Source: Oopsacas minuta (Eukaryota; Animalia; Porifera). From it: DNA of 22,858 bases. Below the pieces are notes generated by a model. It was not told the origin of the DNA. It did not search any database and saw only the letters and a list, made by a program, of their open reading frames with translations. The first letter of the stretch is position 1, and every line of letters starts with the position of its first letter. This document shows, piece by piece, positions 21,151 through 22,858 of the stretch. The translations under genes were made by a program, and so were the position numbers. The stretch spans positions 1-22,858 of the forward strand of contig JAKMXF010000156.1 in the NCBI GenBank assembly GCA_024704765.1. The letters are read 5' to 3'.

Positions 21151-22683
21151 GATTATTTGAGAGAAATATTTGAGACTAGAAATCAAAATTCTCGGTATAT
21201 GTTCTATATCTCTCCAGCTATTGTTTGTTATACTCATGCGTAATTGAACTAGCATTATCAGTAAGATATATTGTCTACTTGATAGTTTGAGTTGTCCAGA
21301 TCTCCTTGAGAAGAGAGGGGGATTTCTTACAAATTCTCGGGACTAATAACAGCAACTTGTATATCCACATCAATCTCCATTTGAATAATTTGGTCTTCCT
21401 CAGTCAAAGAATTAGGAGTATTTGGCTCAGTGTTTAGTTTAACCCCACTAATCATCAAAAAGGCTCGGAGAGGAATTGCTAATAGGTAGGTGGAAATGCG
21501 CCTATCGTCTCTATCAGTCACAGGAATCAAATATAGCAAATAACCAAGTAATAAACAATAAGTTCTGCAGAAACCAAATATGTAATATATTAACAATTCT
21601 TGTATGCATATGCAGAAAGTAGGAGTATGTACAGGAGGACAACAAATGATTGATTATACCACGGTACACTGGGAAAAATAGGGGAAATAGAGATGGTGTT
21701 TCACCAAATATTGATTAGACCCATATTATCGGATTCAGCATAGTCTAAAACTTGTAAAAACAAAGTAATAAAGTCATAAGACTTCTACATTCTAAATATT
21801 GTTGATGCGTATGAATGACTATATTTCAATTTTCAACTCTCATAATATTGTACTTTTTGAATCCTAATATTGCTTCGTTTAAACTCACCAAGTATAGTAT
21901 GATGCTTGTAATTTCAACTAGCTATTCATTCCTTTATTTATTGCTACTAAAACGTAAAGCTATTAATGAGAGTTGAAAACTAGCACAATTCCTAAATATA
22001 CCATTCAATTCGCCGGTTTTCTATTGTTCGGACACAATTTCATTGGACAATACAGTGAGAAAACTTTGGGTGGTGGGTCGTGGTCATATGTTTAGATGTT
22101 GTAAAATGGTAGATTATCATTTATACGTAATTTTTAGATAGATTGCAGACCCCCTCAAAGACCCAACAGACATCTTTTTTGCAAAATTTGGTATAGACAT
22201 GTGGTGAAATTTAAAGTGGCTATTTTGAATATTTTAATATTCCTTATTTTTAATGTTTTTGCTATATTGATTAGAGAGATAATGAATAATCGTGAGGTTT
22301 ATGACATTCTCAAATCTAAGCCTTCAGTTAGAGCCTCATTCAATGACACTTCTAATTGTAGGACTACCTGATCCCGAGCTGAATACTATTAGGAGCAAAT
22401 TCAGAGAACTCAAATCCAGTAGAGATTCTTATCTGAGAAATCGTGATTTAGACACCTGGGAAGGGATATTATTCTACTCTTCTATTTTTGGACACCCTGC
22501 CAAAAGATATGCTCTCTCGACCGGACAGTTTCGAGGCTGACTTATCCACCGAGATCAGGAAACCGCTTTCTGTATTAACTCTTAAGTGTTTGAGATTTAG
22601 ATTAACTCGCTTCAAATATATAACCAACTACAGGAGAGCGTAGAATCCAACTCACAAATTTCTTATTATTTGCATTTAAACTA

Positions 22684-22858
22684 CTACGGGCGTTTAATAA
22701 GTAGTCGTTATCACATTGTAATTCTAAATCTTTCTAGCATAATTGTGTATTCAGTGATTGAGTTTCTCAAAGTATTCCCCTTCGTGCTGTAAAACCAATT
22801 TCAGCCTTTTTATCCAATCGAAAAATACTTTTTTGTAGTCTTCGGTTGGTACACCTTT
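22684..22858 (-). mobile_element. 3' end of a Tc1/mariner element (continues beyond the window)
   Basis: 22858-22751 encodes KGVPTEDYKKVFFDWIKRLKLVLQHEGEYFEKLNH* (mariner C-terminal W..R......G.YFE pattern); followed by TIR-like CTACGGGCGTTTAATAAGT abutting TA at 22682-22683. Confidence 0.85.

Noticed and set aside
22292-22540. 82-aa plus-strand ORF next to the mariner end
   Set aside because: GTG start, no recognisable motif or splice context; left unassigned.

Overview
AT-rich (about one-third GC by eye) eukaryotic, probably invertebrate metazoan DNA; the organism cannot be fixed from the sequence. The only intact host gene is an intronless DDX5/DDX17 (Dbp2/p68)-type DEAD-box helicase on the minus strand (11533-13554). 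Around it lies a graveyard of DNA transposons: a decayed THAP/P-element transposase with two 62-bp introns, a TIR- and TSD-complete but coding-dead hAT/Buster element, a second hAT C-terminal fragment, two TA-flanked pogo-like MITEs, a Helentron Rep remnant and the 3' end of a mariner. The most structured non-coding feature is a three-tier nest at 17620-19101: long inverted arms, a 1051-bp CAGG-ended insertion whose empty target site is visible in a paralogous repeat at about 9724, and a near loop-less 94-bp palindrome inside it. Several stop-poor reading frames look like decayed genes I cannot name, one possibly an SP-RING remnant. No retroelement, rRNA, tRNA or CRISPR array was recognised. 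I found no demonstrable new biological system; the findings are leads from hand reading and hand alignment.
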